The notes: a model not told the origin generated them from the sequence alone. A stretch of 64,000 nucleotides of DNA from Methylibium sp. (GCA_031414975.1 JANOQS010000123.1:1155-65154); one strand, 5' to 3'. Shown: positions 19,762 to 28,963, counted from the first letter of the stretch. Numbers and translations are program-made.

Positions 19762-20859
19762 ATGTACGTGTCGGTCAAGGGCGGCGACGAGGCCATCGAA
19801 AACTCGTGGCGCCTGCTCGCTGCGGCGCGGCGTGGCGACCTGGCGCAAGGCGAGATCGGCATTGCGCAGATCGCCTCCCAGTTGCGCCTGGCAGTGCAGC
19901 GGGTGATGACCGAAGGTTCGCTCTACGACCCCGAGCTGGCGGCGCTGGCCATCAAGCAGGCCAGTGGCGACCTGTACGAGGCCGTGTTCCTGCTGCGCGC
20001 TTACCGCACCACGCTGCCGCGCCTGGCGTACTCGAAGCCGCTGGAGACGCAGGGCATGGCGATCCGGCGCCGCATCTCGGCCGCGTTCAAGGACTTGCCC
20101 GGCGGCCAGGTGCTCGGCCCGACGCACGACTACACGCAGCGGCTGCTCGACTTCACGCTCGCGGCCGAGGGCGACCCGCCGGCTTGCGAGCCCTGCGGCC
20201 CGCCGGTGGCGGCGCAGATGCCGCGTGTGCTGGCGCTGCTCGACGCCGAAGGCCTGATCGAGACCGAGCAGCCCACCGAAGCCGCCTCCGAACCGTTCGA
20301 CCTGACGCGAGCGCCGCTGCCGTTTCCGGCCTCGCGCGCGGCCCGCCTGCAGGCGCTGGCGCGCGGTGACGAAGGCTGGCTGCTGGCCTTGGGCTACTCG
20401 ACCCAGCGCGGCTACGCCAACAGCCACCCGTTTGCCGGCGAGATTCGCATGGGCGAGGTGGCGGTGGAGATCGTGCCGGACGAGCTGGGCTTTGCCATCG
20501 ACATCGGCGACATCACCGTCACCGAGTGCCAGATGATCAACCAGTTCGACGGAAGCAAGGACGTGGCGCCGCAGTTCACCCAGGGCTATGGCCTGGTGTT
20601 CGGCGAATGCGAGCGCAAGGCCATCGCGATGGCGCTGGTCGATCGCTCGCTGCGGGCGCGCGAACTGGGCGAGGAGGTCGCTGCCCCGGCCCAGGATGAG
20701 GAGTTCGTGCTGTCGCATGCCGACAGCCTGGAATCGTCGGGCTTCGTGCAGCACCTGAAGCTGCCGCACTATGTGGACTTCCAGTCCGAACTGGAACTGG
20801 TGCGGCGCTTGCGCCAGGGGCACGCCGCGTCGGCTGCGGCCACCGGAGCGCCACCGTGA
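19762..20859 (+). CDS. phnI: C-P lyase subunit PhnI
   Basis: MYVSVKGGDEAIENS and IKQASGDLYEAVFLLRAYRTT are characteristic of PhnI. Confidence 0.9.
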   Translation: MYVSVKGGDEAIENSWRLLAAARRGDLAQGEIGIAQIASQLRLAVQRVMTEGSLYDPELAALAIKQASGDLYEAVFLLRAYRTTLPRLAYSKPLETQGMAIRRRISAAFKDLPGGQVLGPTHDYTQRLLDFTLAAEGDPPACEPCGPPVAAQMPRVLALLDAEGLIETEQPTEAASEPFDLTRAPLPFPASRAARLQALARGDEGWLLALGYSTQRGYANSHPFAGEIRMGEVAVEIVPDELGFAIDIGDITVTECQMINQFDGSKDVAPQFTQGYGLVFGECERKAIAMALVDRSLRARELGEEVAAPAQDEEFVLSHADSLESSGFVQHLKLPHYVDFQSELELVRRLRQGHAASAAATGAPP

Positions 20860-21743
20860 ACGCGCCAGCCCAGCCGCTCGACGGCGGCTACAACTTCGCC
20901 TTTCTCGATGAGCAGACCAAGCGCCACCTCCGGCGCGCGCTGCTGAAAGCGGTGGCAGTGCCCGGCCACCAGACGCCGTTCGGCAGCCGCGAGATGCCGC
21001 TGCCCTATGGCTGGGGCACCGGGGGCATTCAGGTCACGGCGTCCGTGATCGGGCGCGACGACGTGCTCAAGGTCATCGACCAGGGCTCCGACGGCACGGT
21101 CAACGCCGTCAACATCCGGCGCTTCTTCGCCCGCACCACCGGCGTGCGCACGACCACGGCCACGGCCGAAGCGACCATCGTGCAGACGCGCCACCGCATC
21201 CCCGAAAAGCCGCTGCACGAGGGCCAGATCCTGGTCTACCAGGTGCCCATGCCGGAGCCGCTGTACCGGCTCGAACCCCGGCGCGCACAGGCCGCGCGGC
21301 TGCACGCGCTGGCCGACTACGGGTTGATGAGCGTGCGCCTGTACGAAGACATTGCGCACCTGGGCGCGATCGCGCGCACCTACGACTACCCGGTGCGTGT
21401 GAACGGGCGTTACCTCATGTCGCCGTCGCCGATCCCGAAGTTCGACAACCCGAAGATGCACATGAACGCCGCGCTGCAGCTCTTCGGAGCCGGGCGCGAG
21501 AAGCGCCTCTATGCCGTGCCGCCCTACACCAAGGTGCGCAGCCTGGCCTTCGAGGACCACCCGTTCGAGGTGCAGCGCTGGGAGCAGGCGTGCGCGCTGT
21601 GCGGCGGCGCCGACAGCTTTCTCGATGAAGTGATCGTCGACGACGCAGGCAAGCGCCTGTTTGTGTGCTCGGACAGCGACCACTGCCAGGAGCGGCGCGG
21701 CGCGGGGCACGTCGGCACCCAAACCGGCGAGAGGCCGCGATGA
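20856..21743 (+). CDS. phnJ: C-P lyase catalytic radical-SAM subunit PhnJ
   Basis: YNFAFLDEQTKR and PYGWGTGGIQ motifs. C-terminal Cys cluster CxxC...CSDSDHC. Confidence 0.9.
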   Translation: MNAPAQPLDGGYNFAFLDEQTKRHLRRALLKAVAVPGHQTPFGSREMPLPYGWGTGGIQVTASVIGRDDVLKVIDQGSDGTVNAVNIRRFFARTTGVRTTTATAEATIVQTRHRIPEKPLHEGQILVYQVPMPEPLYRLEPRRAQAARLHALADYGLMSVRLYEDIAHLGAIARTYDYPVRVNGRYLMSPSPIPKFDNPKMHMNAALQLFGAGREKRLYAVPPYTKVRSLAFEDHPFEVQRWEQACALCGGADSFLDEVIVDDAGKRLFVCSDSDHCQERRGAGHVGTQTGERPR

Positions 21744-22543
21744 GCCACACGCCGGCTGAAGATCGCTTGCTGTCGGTGCGCGGCGCCGGCAAGTGCTTCG
21801 GTGCGCGTTGGGCCTGCCGCGACGTGTCGTTCGACCTGTGGCCGGGCGAGGTGCTGGCGGTGGTCGGTGAGTCGGGGTCGGGCAAGAGCACGCTGCTCAA
21901 CATTCTGTCGCTGCGCCTGCCGCTCGACGAAGGCAGCGTGCACTACGCGCTGCGCCCGGACGGCCCACGCCCTGCCGCGCTGAGCGACCTGGCCGGCCTG
22001 TCCGAAGCGCGCTGGCGCATGCTGGCCCGCACCGACTGGGGCTTCGTCGAACAGAACCCGCGCGACGGTCTGCGCATGGCGGTCTCGGCCGGTGCCAATG
22101 TGGCCGAGCGGCTGATGGTGCTGGGCAGCGAGCACTACGGCCGCCTGCGCGCGTCGGCCGTTGACTGGATGGCGCGCGTGGAGCTCGACGCCAGCCGTGT
22201 GGACGAACTGCCCGGGCGCTTTTCCGGCGGCATGCAGCAGCGCCTGCAGATCGCGCGCAACCTGGTCACGCAGCCGCGCCTGGTGTTCATGGACGAGCCG
22301 ACCTCGGGGCTGGACGTGTCGGTGCAGGCGCGCCTGCTCGACCTGCTGCGTTCGCTGGTGGACGACCTGGGGCTGGCCTGCATCGTCGTGACGCACGACC
22401 TGGCCGTGGCCCGCCTGCTGGCCCATCGCATGCTGGTGATGAAAGACGGTGCCGTGGTCGAAGCCGGCCTGACCGACCGGGTGCTCGACGACCCGCAGCA
22501 CCCGTACACGCAGCTGCTGGTGTCGTCGGTGTTGATGCCATGA
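21740..22543 (+). CDS. phnK: C-P lyase-associated ATPase PhnK
   Basis: ATGA overlap with phnJ. ABC motifs GESGSGKST and FSGGMQQR. Confidence 0.9.
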   Translation: MSHTPAEDRLLSVRGAGKCFGARWACRDVSFDLWPGEVLAVVGESGSGKSTLLNILSLRLPLDEGSVHYALRPDGPRPAALSDLAGLSEARWRMLARTDWGFVEQNPRDGLRMAVSAGANVAERLMVLGSEHYGRLRASAVDWMARVELDASRVDELPGRFSGGMQQRLQIARNLVTQPRLVFMDEPTSGLDVSVQARLLDLLRSLVDDLGLACIVVTHDLAVARLLAHRMLVMKDGAVVEAGLTDRVLDDPQHPYTQLLVSSVLMP

Positions 22544-23247
22544 ACTTCGACCGCACCCTCGTGCGCGCCCGCGGGCTCGCCAAGACCTTTGTGCTGCACC
22601 AGCGCGGCGGTATCGAACTGCCGGTGTTCGCCGGCATCGACCTGGACGTGGCAGCCGGCGAATGCGTGGCGCTCTCCGGCCCGTCGGGCTGCGGCAAGAG
22701 CACGCTGATGCGCTGCCTGTACGGCAACTATGCGCCGACGGCCGGCAGGGTCGAAGTGCGGCACGGCGGAACCTGGCTGAGCCTGGGCGACGCGCCGCCG
22801 CGCGAGGTGATGGCTGCGCGCCGCTGGAGCCTGGGCCACGTGGCGCAGTTCCTGCGCGCGATCCCGCGCGTGCCCACCCTGGATCTGGTGGCTGAACCCT
22901 TGCAGCGCATCGGCGTGGCAGCGGATTCGGCGCGCGCGCAGGCGCGCGAGTTGCTGGCGCGGCTGAACCTGCAAGAGCGGCTGTGGGGCCTGCCGCCGGC
23001 CACCTTCTCGGGCGGCGAGCAGCAGCGCGTGAACGTGGCGCGTGGGCTGATCGCGCCGCGCGCCGTGCTGTTGCTGGACGAGCCGACCGCAGCGCTCGAC
23101 GCCGTCAACCGGCGGGTCGTCGTCGAGCTCATCGGCGAGGCGCGCGAGCGCGGTGCGGCGGTGGTCGGCATCTTTCACGACGCCGAGGTGAGCGCGGCGG
23201 TCGCCACACGCCGCTTCGAACTCGTGCCCGGCACGCAGCCCTTCTGA
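22540..23247 (+). CDS. phnL: C-P lyase-associated ATPase PhnL
   Basis: ATGA overlap with phnK. ABC motifs GPSGCGKST, FSGGEQQR and LLLDEP. Confidence 0.9.
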   Translation: MNFDRTLVRARGLAKTFVLHQRGGIELPVFAGIDLDVAAGECVALSGPSGCGKSTLMRCLYGNYAPTAGRVEVRHGGTWLSLGDAPPREVMAARRWSLGHVAQFLRAIPRVPTLDLVAEPLQRIGVAADSARAQARELLARLNLQERLWGLPPATFSGGEQQRVNVARGLIAPRAVLLLDEPTAALDAVNRRVVVELIGEARERGAAVVGIFHDAEVSAAVATRRFELVPGTQPF

Positions 23248-23286
23248 ACGCGCCCCTGAACTCGCTTCCGACTGCGACCCACGACC

Positions 23287-24423
23287 ATGCAACACGTCAT
23301 CCGCAACGCCCGCATCGTCACCGCCACCGAGGAATTCATCGGCTGCGTGGTGATCGATGGCGAGACCCTCTCGGCCGTGGACCGCGGCGACACGCAGCTC
23401 CCCGGCGCTGAAGACTGGACCGGCGACTGGCTGCTGCCCGGGCTGGTGGAACTGCACACCGACAACCTCGAAAAGCACCTGGTGCCGCGCCCCGGTGTGC
23501 TGTGGAACGCCCACTCGGCGATGGTGGCGCACGACGCGCAGTGCGCCGCGGCCGGCATCACGACCGTGCTCGACTCGGTGGTGATCGGCGACATGGACCA
23601 GGGCGGTTCGCGCAGCCAGACCCAGCACACGTCCATCGCGGCGCTGCACGGGTGCCGGGCCGAGGGCCTGTTGCGCGTGGAGCACTTGCTGCATTTGCGC
23701 TGCGAGGTGTCTGCGCCCGACATCGTGGAAGTGTTCGAGCGTTACGCGGGCGACCCGCTGCTCGAACTGGTCAGCGTGATGGACCACACCCCGGGCCAGC
23801 GCCAGTGGCGCGACCTGAGCAGCTACCGGCGCTACGCCGAGCGCAATGGCGCCTTCGCCGACGCTGATTTCGGCGAGATGGTGACGCGCCGCCAAGGCGA
23901 GCAAGAGCGCTTCGCCGCGAAGCACCGCCAGGCCATCGTCACGCGCTGTCGCGCACTGGGCGTGCCGCTGGCCAGCCACGACGACACCGAACTGATCCAC
24001 GTGCAGCTCGCCTGGGAGGAGCGCGTTTCGGTGGCGGAGTTTCCGACCACGGTGGTGGCCGCGCAGGCCGCGCGCGACGCCGGCATGCACATCGTGATGG
24101 GCAGCCCCAACCTGGTGAATGGGGGGTCCCACTCCGGCAACGTGTCGGCCGAAGCGCTGGCGCGGCTCGACCTGCTCGACATCCTTTCGTCAGACTACGT
24201 GCCGGCGAGCCTGCTGCTGTCGGCCTTCCTGTTGCGTGACAAGGTCGGCTGGCCGTTGCCCAAGGCGATCAACACGATCACCCGCAATCCGGCCCACGCC
24301 ATTGGCCTGCACGACCGCGGCGAGGTGGCGCCGGGCAAGCGTGCCGACCTGGTTCGCGTGCGCAAATGCAGTGGCATGCCGATCGTGATGGGCACCTTGA
24401 GCCGAGGCCAGCGCGCGCATTGA
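23287..24423 (+). CDS. phnM: Alpha-D-ribose 1-methylphosphonate 5-triphosphate diphosphatase PhnM (amidohydrolase fold)
   Basis: 378 aa. ELHTDNLEKH and ASHDD motifs. Positioned after phnL. Confidence 0.9.
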   Translation: MQHVIRNARIVTATEEFIGCVVIDGETLSAVDRGDTQLPGAEDWTGDWLLPGLVELHTDNLEKHLVPRPGVLWNAHSAMVAHDAQCAAAGITTVLDSVVIGDMDQGGSRSQTQHTSIAALHGCRAEGLLRVEHLLHLRCEVSAPDIVEVFERYAGDPLLELVSVMDHTPGQRQWRDLSSYRRYAERNGAFADADFGEMVTRRQGEQERFAAKHRQAIVTRCRALGVPLASHDDTELIHVQLAWEERVSVAEFPTTVVAAQAARDAGMHIVMGSPNLVNGGSHSGNVSAEALARLDLLDILSSDYVPASLLLSAFLLRDKVGWPLPKAINTITRNPAHAIGLHDRGEVAPGKRADLVRVRKCSGMPIVMGTLSRGQRAH

Positions 24424-24441
24424 CATCGCTGCCACACGGTC

Positions 24442-24459
24442 CGTTCACGGGCGTGTCAC
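24442..24459 (+). promoter_or_regulatory. Pho-box-like direct repeat upstream of phoD
   Basis: CGTTCAC-GGGC-GTGTCAC, 65 nt from the ATG at 24507. Confidence 0.55.
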
Positions 24460-24506
24460 GCGGTCATTCCAACATCTGGGCAGCGCAACCCAGCCAGCAA
24501 ACGGAG

Positions 24507-26126
24507 ATGACGATGCACCGCCGACGTTTCGTGGAACACAGTCTTCTGGCCGGAGGCGCTGCCTTCGCGCTGCCGCGCGCGGTGCTGGCGCAGGCTGCGC
24601 CGGCCGCCCCAGCCGGCCCAGCCGCCCCAGCGGTCGTGACGCTCGATGGCGCACGCCCCAAGTTCACGTCGGGCCTCCAGGCGGGCGACCCGCTGGCCGA
24701 CCGTGCCATCGTCTGGACCCGCAGCGACCGCCCAGCGCGCCTGTGGCTGGAGTGGTCCACCACCGCGTCGTTCAGCAACGCCCAGCGTGTGCGCGGCCCG
24801 CACCTGCTGGAAGACAGTGACTTCACCGGCCGCGTCGACCTGACCGGCCTGCCCGCCGGCCAGGAGATCTTCTACCGCGCGGTGTTGCAGGACTTGCGCA
24901 ACGAACGCGTGCTGTCCGAGCCGCTGGCGGGCCACTTGCGCCTGCCGCCTTCGAGCCAGGGGCGCAGTGCCCGGCCGGTGCGGTTCGTGTGGAGCGGCGA
25001 CACGGCAGGCCAGGGCTTCGGCATCAACGAAGCCTGGGGCGGCATGAAGATCTACGAGCAGATGCGGCGCGTGAGCCCCGACTTCTTCTTGCACTGCGGC
25101 GACACGATCTATGCCGACGGGCCGATCGCGGCGCAGGTCAAGCTGCCCGACGGGTCGATGTGGAACAACCTCGTCACCGAGGAAGTTAGCAAGGTGGCCG
25201 AAACCCTGAACGAGTTCCGCGGCCGTTACCGCTACAACCTGCTCGACGCCAACGTGCGCAGCCTGGCCGCCGAGGTGCCGCAGATCTGGCAGTGGGACGA
25301 CCACGAGGTCACCAACAACTGGTCGGATGCGAAAGACCTGTCGGCCGATGCCCGCTACACCGAGAAGAACGTTCCGCTGATGGTGGGCCGCGCCACCAAG
25401 GCCTTCCTGGAATACGCACCGCTGCGGCGCACGCCCGACGTGGAGAGCGAGCGGGTCTATCGCCACCTTCCGCAAGGCCCGCTGCTGGACCTGTTCGTGA
25501 TCGACATGCGCAGCTACCGCGGCCCCAACAGCGCGAATCGCCAGGGAGAAGAGTCTGCCGAGACGGCGATCATGGGGCGGCCGCAACTGGCCTGGCTGGT
25601 CGAGGGGCTGAAGCGCTCGAAGGCGACGTGGAAGGTGATCGCCGCCGACATGCCGATCGGGCTGCACGTGCCCGATGGCAAAGACGCGCAGGGCCGCGAC
25701 CGCTGGGAAGGCATGGCCAACGGCGACGACGGCGCACCGCTCGGGCGCGAACTCGAGATCGCGCGCCTGCTGCGCGAGATCAAGCGCGCCGGCATCAAGA
25801 ACCTGGTGTGGCTCACCGCCGACGTGCACTACACCGCGGCGCACTTCTACGACCCGACGAAAGCGAAGTTCAGCGACTTCGCGCCGTTCTGGGAATTCGT
25901 CTCGGGCCCGCTGAACGCCGGCAGCTTCGGCCCGAACAAGGTCGATGCCACCTTCGGCCTGCAGGTGGTTTTCCAGAAGGGGCCGGAGGTGCAGAACACC
26001 GCACCGAGCGCCGGCCTGCAGTTTTTTGGCCAGGTCGACATCGACCCGAAGACGCGCGCGATGACCGTGGGCTTGAAAGACCTGAGCGGCGCGGTGCTGT
26101 ACACCCAGACGCTGCCGGTCGCCTGA
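24507..26126 (+). CDS. phoD: Tat-exported alkaline phosphatase D (PhoD family)
   Basis: GGAG immediately upstream. Twin-arginine signal HRRRFV. PhoD-like motifs CGDTIYADG and WDDHEVTNNW. Confidence 0.85.
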   Translation: MTMHRRRFVEHSLLAGGAAFALPRAVLAQAAPAAPAGPAAPAVVTLDGARPKFTSGLQAGDPLADRAIVWTRSDRPARLWLEWSTTASFSNAQRVRGPHLLEDSDFTGRVDLTGLPAGQEIFYRAVLQDLRNERVLSEPLAGHLRLPPSSQGRSARPVRFVWSGDTAGQGFGINEAWGGMKIYEQMRRVSPDFFLHCGDTIYADGPIAAQVKLPDGSMWNNLVTEEVSKVAETLNEFRGRYRYNLLDANVRSLAAEVPQIWQWDDHEVTNNWSDAKDLSADARYTEKNVPLMVGRATKAFLEYAPLRRTPDVESERVYRHLPQGPLLDLFVIDMRSYRGPNSANRQGEESAETAIMGRPQLAWLVEGLKRSKATWKVIAADMPIGLHVPDGKDAQGRDRWEGMANGDDGAPLGRELEIARLLREIKRAGIKNLVWLTADVHYTAAHFYDPTKAKFSDFAPFWEFVSGPLNAGSFGPNKVDATFGLQVVFQKGPEVQNTAPSAGLQFFGQVDIDPKTRAMTVGLKDLSGAVLYTQTLPVA

Positions 26127-26323
26127 GACCTTCGCCTTCGGCTGCGTTTTGCGCCGGCGGGTGCTGAAGTTGGTTTGCGCTCACGCCGGGTTTTGAGCTG
26201 CTGGAATCATGGTTGAGTCGCCCTGCCGCCACCACAATTCGGGGCAGCCTGAGGGGGCTTTGGCGCCGGCGGGTCGGGCCTCAATATCATGCAGGCTCCC
26301 CCACCCGGCAAGCGAGGGCCCAC

Positions 26324-26551
26324 ATGAACCACCCGGAAGATTCCGCCGAAGTCACGGTCTACAACTACCAGACCTTCGACACAGGCCAGAGATCGCGGAC
26401 TCCAGCGCCGTTCAAGGCCCCGCGCGAGCGGATTGAAACGGCGCTCAATGGCAAGGTGCTCGAGGGCACGGCCGAAACCGTGCTCGCGTCGCAGCTCGAC
26501 GAAGAGGGCCGCTACCGGCGCAGAGCCACCGGCTGGGGCGACCTGAACTAG
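26324..26551 (+). CDS. Small hypothetical protein (75 aa)
   Basis: ATG start MNHPED and reasonable GC3. No recognisable family. Its stop lies 7 nt from the convergent DUF2252 stop. Confidence 0.35.
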   Translation: MNHPEDSAEVTVYNYQTFDTGQRSRTPAPFKAPRERIETALNGKVLEGTAETVLASQLDEEGRYRRRATGWGDLN

Positions 26552-26558
26552 CGTTGCC

Positions 26559-27986
26559 TCAGTCAGTCAAGCGTCGGCTGCCCTTGGTGGCAGCCCCGCC
26601 CGGTGGCTTGCTTCGCCGCAGCGCGTTCCAGTCGGCCTCGTTCAAGTCGGCATAACCCGCCGCAAACGTGGCGAGTGACTCGTTGAACTTGCGCGATGTG
26701 CCGAGGTAGCCGCGGATCGTCGAAGCGTCGCCTCCCTTGGCGTGGGCGCGGGCCAGGCCGTAGCCGCAGGCCTCGGCGTACTCTTCGAGGTCCTTGGCGC
26801 TGAAGTCGAGGTAGGCGTAAGAGGCCTTCATGTCCCGAAGTTGCCGGACATAGAAGTCGCCCACTCCCTCGACGCTGCCCCAACCCAGAAAGATGTCGCT
26901 GGCCGCCTGCATCAGGCGCTGGCCGTGCACGACGCGTTCACCGGGGCGGCCCTCGCCCTTCGTCCCCTGTGCGGCCTGCAGCACCGATGCGCCGGCTTGT
27001 TTGCATTGCAGGAACAGCGGGTGAGTGCCGTCGGCAACGAAGAGCAGCACGAAGCAGCGCCGCCCGACCGAACCGACGCCGGGTGTCATCACCGCAACGT
27101 CGTTCAACTCATAGCGGTCGAACAGCGCCCGGCGCTCGACCGGAAGGCTGGCGCGGTACTGCGCCATGAACGGCCCGAGGCCGCGCCGCAAGGCCGCGAG
27201 CTCGCGCTCACTGGCACGCGCGTCGTCGTAAGCAAAGCTCGACCCGGGCCGGATCATCAGCTTGCCATCGACTTTGTGGGTGGCCTCTTCGGCAAAGACG
27301 CGCACCGTGACGCGCCGGGCCTTGCGAATGACGGCGAGCTCGGCCGGATCTTTGCCGCCGAGCTTGAGCAGCGTGTTCGACGTGAGCCGGTAGTACCAGG
27401 CGTCCAGCGTGTCCATGGTGGCAAAGCCGCGCATCCGGTCGCGGTAGGCCTCGGCCAGGTTCAGCACCGCATCGCGGCCGTCGCGCTCGCGCAGGCCGAT
27501 GTCGCGCGCCAGGATGACGAACGACGTGGCCAGGCGCCGCAAGTCCCAGTCGAACGGGCCGTGCAGGCTTTCATCGAAGTCGTTGATGTCGAACAGCAAT
27601 GCACGCTCGGGGCTGGCAAAGAAGCCGAAGTTCGCCAGGTGGGCGTCGCCGCACAGGTGGGTCAGCACGCCGCTGTGCGGCAGCGCCGCCAGATCGTTGG
27701 CCATGAGACCGGCCGCACCGCGGTAGAAGCTGAACGGGCTTTCGACCATGCGCGTGCGGCGCACCGGCGCCAGTTCGGGCACACGGCCCTGGTTCGACGT
27801 GTCCAGCCAGGTGACCGGATCGCGGGTGCCTTTCGGCCCGGTCTTCGGCCCGGTCTTCGGCGCCAGCGCCAACTGGGCGAACGGGCAGGCCGTGCGCTGC
27901 GCCCGGCCTTGCGCGCGCCGCTCGGCGGTGCTTGCGGACTTCAAGGGATTCGCCGAGGCCAGCGGGTGGTTGTTCTTGCGTGCCAT
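26559..27986 (-). CDS. DUF2252 family protein with protein-kinase-like motifs
   Basis: 475 aa. SPFSFYRGAA, CGDAHLANFG (HxDxxxxN-like catalytic loop) and DINDFDES (metal-binding Asp) motifs. Confidence 0.8.
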   Translation of the reverse strand: MARKNNHPLASANPLKSASTAERRAQGRAQRTACPFAQLALAPKTGPKTGPKGTRDPVTWLDTSNQGRVPELAPVRRTRMVESPFSFYRGAAGLMANDLAALPHSGVLTHLCGDAHLANFGFFASPERALLFDINDFDESLHGPFDWDLRRLATSFVILARDIGLRERDGRDAVLNLAEAYRDRMRGFATMDTLDAWYYRLTSNTLLKLGGKDPAELAVIRKARRVTVRVFAEEATHKVDGKLMIRPGSSFAYDDARASERELAALRRGLGPFMAQYRASLPVERRALFDRYELNDVAVMTPGVGSVGRRCFVLLFVADGTHPLFLQCKQAGASVLQAAQGTKGEGRPGERVVHGQRLMQAASDIFLGWGSVEGVGDFYVRQLRDMKASYAYLDFSAKDLEEYAEACGYGLARAHAKGGDASTIRGYLGTSRKFNESLATFAAGYADLNEADWNALRRSKPPGGAATKGSRRLTD

Positions 27987-27995
27987 GCCGAGTCC

Positions 27996-28394
27996 TCAAT
28001 CGGCCTTCTTGGGCCGGCCCGGCTTGAGCGGCGTCAGCGCGTTCAGCGTCGAACAGAACCGGGTGTCGTTCAACGCCGCCAGCGCATGCAGCCCGGCGCG
28101 CAGCAGTTCGCTCTTCTTGGTGGAGCGCATCAGCTTGAGCGCGCGCAGCTTCATCGCGGCGATCAGGTCGAAGTCGGCGGCGGGCATCGTGAAGCTGTCG
28201 CGAACCAGCGGCAGCTTGAGCTTGGCTGGCTTGGCCGGCTTGGCTTCGGCTTGCGTGGCCCTCTTCGCCGGCTTCGGAAGCGCTGCGGTCGGGGAGGCGA
28301 TGGCCTTGGCCTGGGGTGCCTTGGAGGCTGTTTTCAGTCCAGCGCCTTTGGATTTCGCGGCGGATTTGGCGGAGGTCTTGGCAACGGTGGGCAT
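27996..28394 (-). CDS. Lys/Ala/Pro-rich (histone-H1-like tail) protein with a C-terminal RHH-like domain
   Basis: 132 aa. The N-terminal 60 aa are AK/PK repeats. C-terminal KSELLRAGLHALAAL resembles ribbon-helix-helix regulators. Its stop lies 9 nt upstream of the DUF2252 start. Confidence 0.6.
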   Translation of the reverse strand: MPTVAKTSAKSAAKSKGAGLKTASKAPQAKAIASPTAALPKPAKRATQAEAKPAKPAKLKLPLVRDSFTMPAADFDLIAAMKLRALKLMRSTKKSELLRAGLHALAALNDTRFCSTLNALTPLKPGRPKKAD

Positions 28395-28479
28395 GGGCGT
28401 GTCTCGTTCGGAGTGGGGTCGAATTAGTTTATACGATATATACTAATGATGGAAATGGGGCACCCTTCACGCGTTCGAT

Positions 28480-28700
28480 CCGCCCCCGAGCGCTGCTCGC
28501 GCAGCGCGCCGAATGCTGCCGATCGCGATGAACGACTGGCGGTTGAAGACCATGCCGCCGACGGCGGTGGAGGTCAGGTTGTCGGGCGAGGTCCGGCCGC
28601 CGTTGCCTCTGTCGGGGTTGATGTCGGCCTCGAGGTAGATCCGCGCGAAGGCGCCGTCGCCGAGGTCTTCACGCGCCGAGAACCCGATGTTGGACGCACC
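28480..28700 (-). pseudogene. Remnant of a Gram-negative porin gene (internal fragment only)
   Basis: Minus-strand translation SNIGFSAREDLGDGAFARIYLEADINPD...GGMVFNRQSFIAIGS matches the conserved N-proximal porin block. It has no signal peptide and no barrel remainder. Confidence 0.45.
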
Positions 28701-28963
28701 TGATCACGATCTGGTACCTGCCCGAGTTCCACGGCATGCTTGAGCCGGTGCAGCGCTGGACGCACGATCAATTTCATCGCCTGCATGACCGGTGGCCCGC
28801 GGATGCACTTCGCCAGCTCGCCCCGGTCACACCCAACGACGCCGGGCCGGCAGAACCGATGACGGTCCAGCGCACGCCCGGGCCTGAGTTGAGGTGATGC
28901 CTGCTTCGCACCCGCCATGACCATCGCCGGGTCACCGTGCGTCGGCCCCATCGGCTCGCACCC

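Noticed and set aside
19084-24132. ORFs 19084..20823(-) 579 aa and 22135..24132(-) 665 aa across the C-P lyase operon
   Set aside because: Antisense shadow frames. The plus-strand phnH-M products carry diagnostic motifs and overlapping start/stop couplings.
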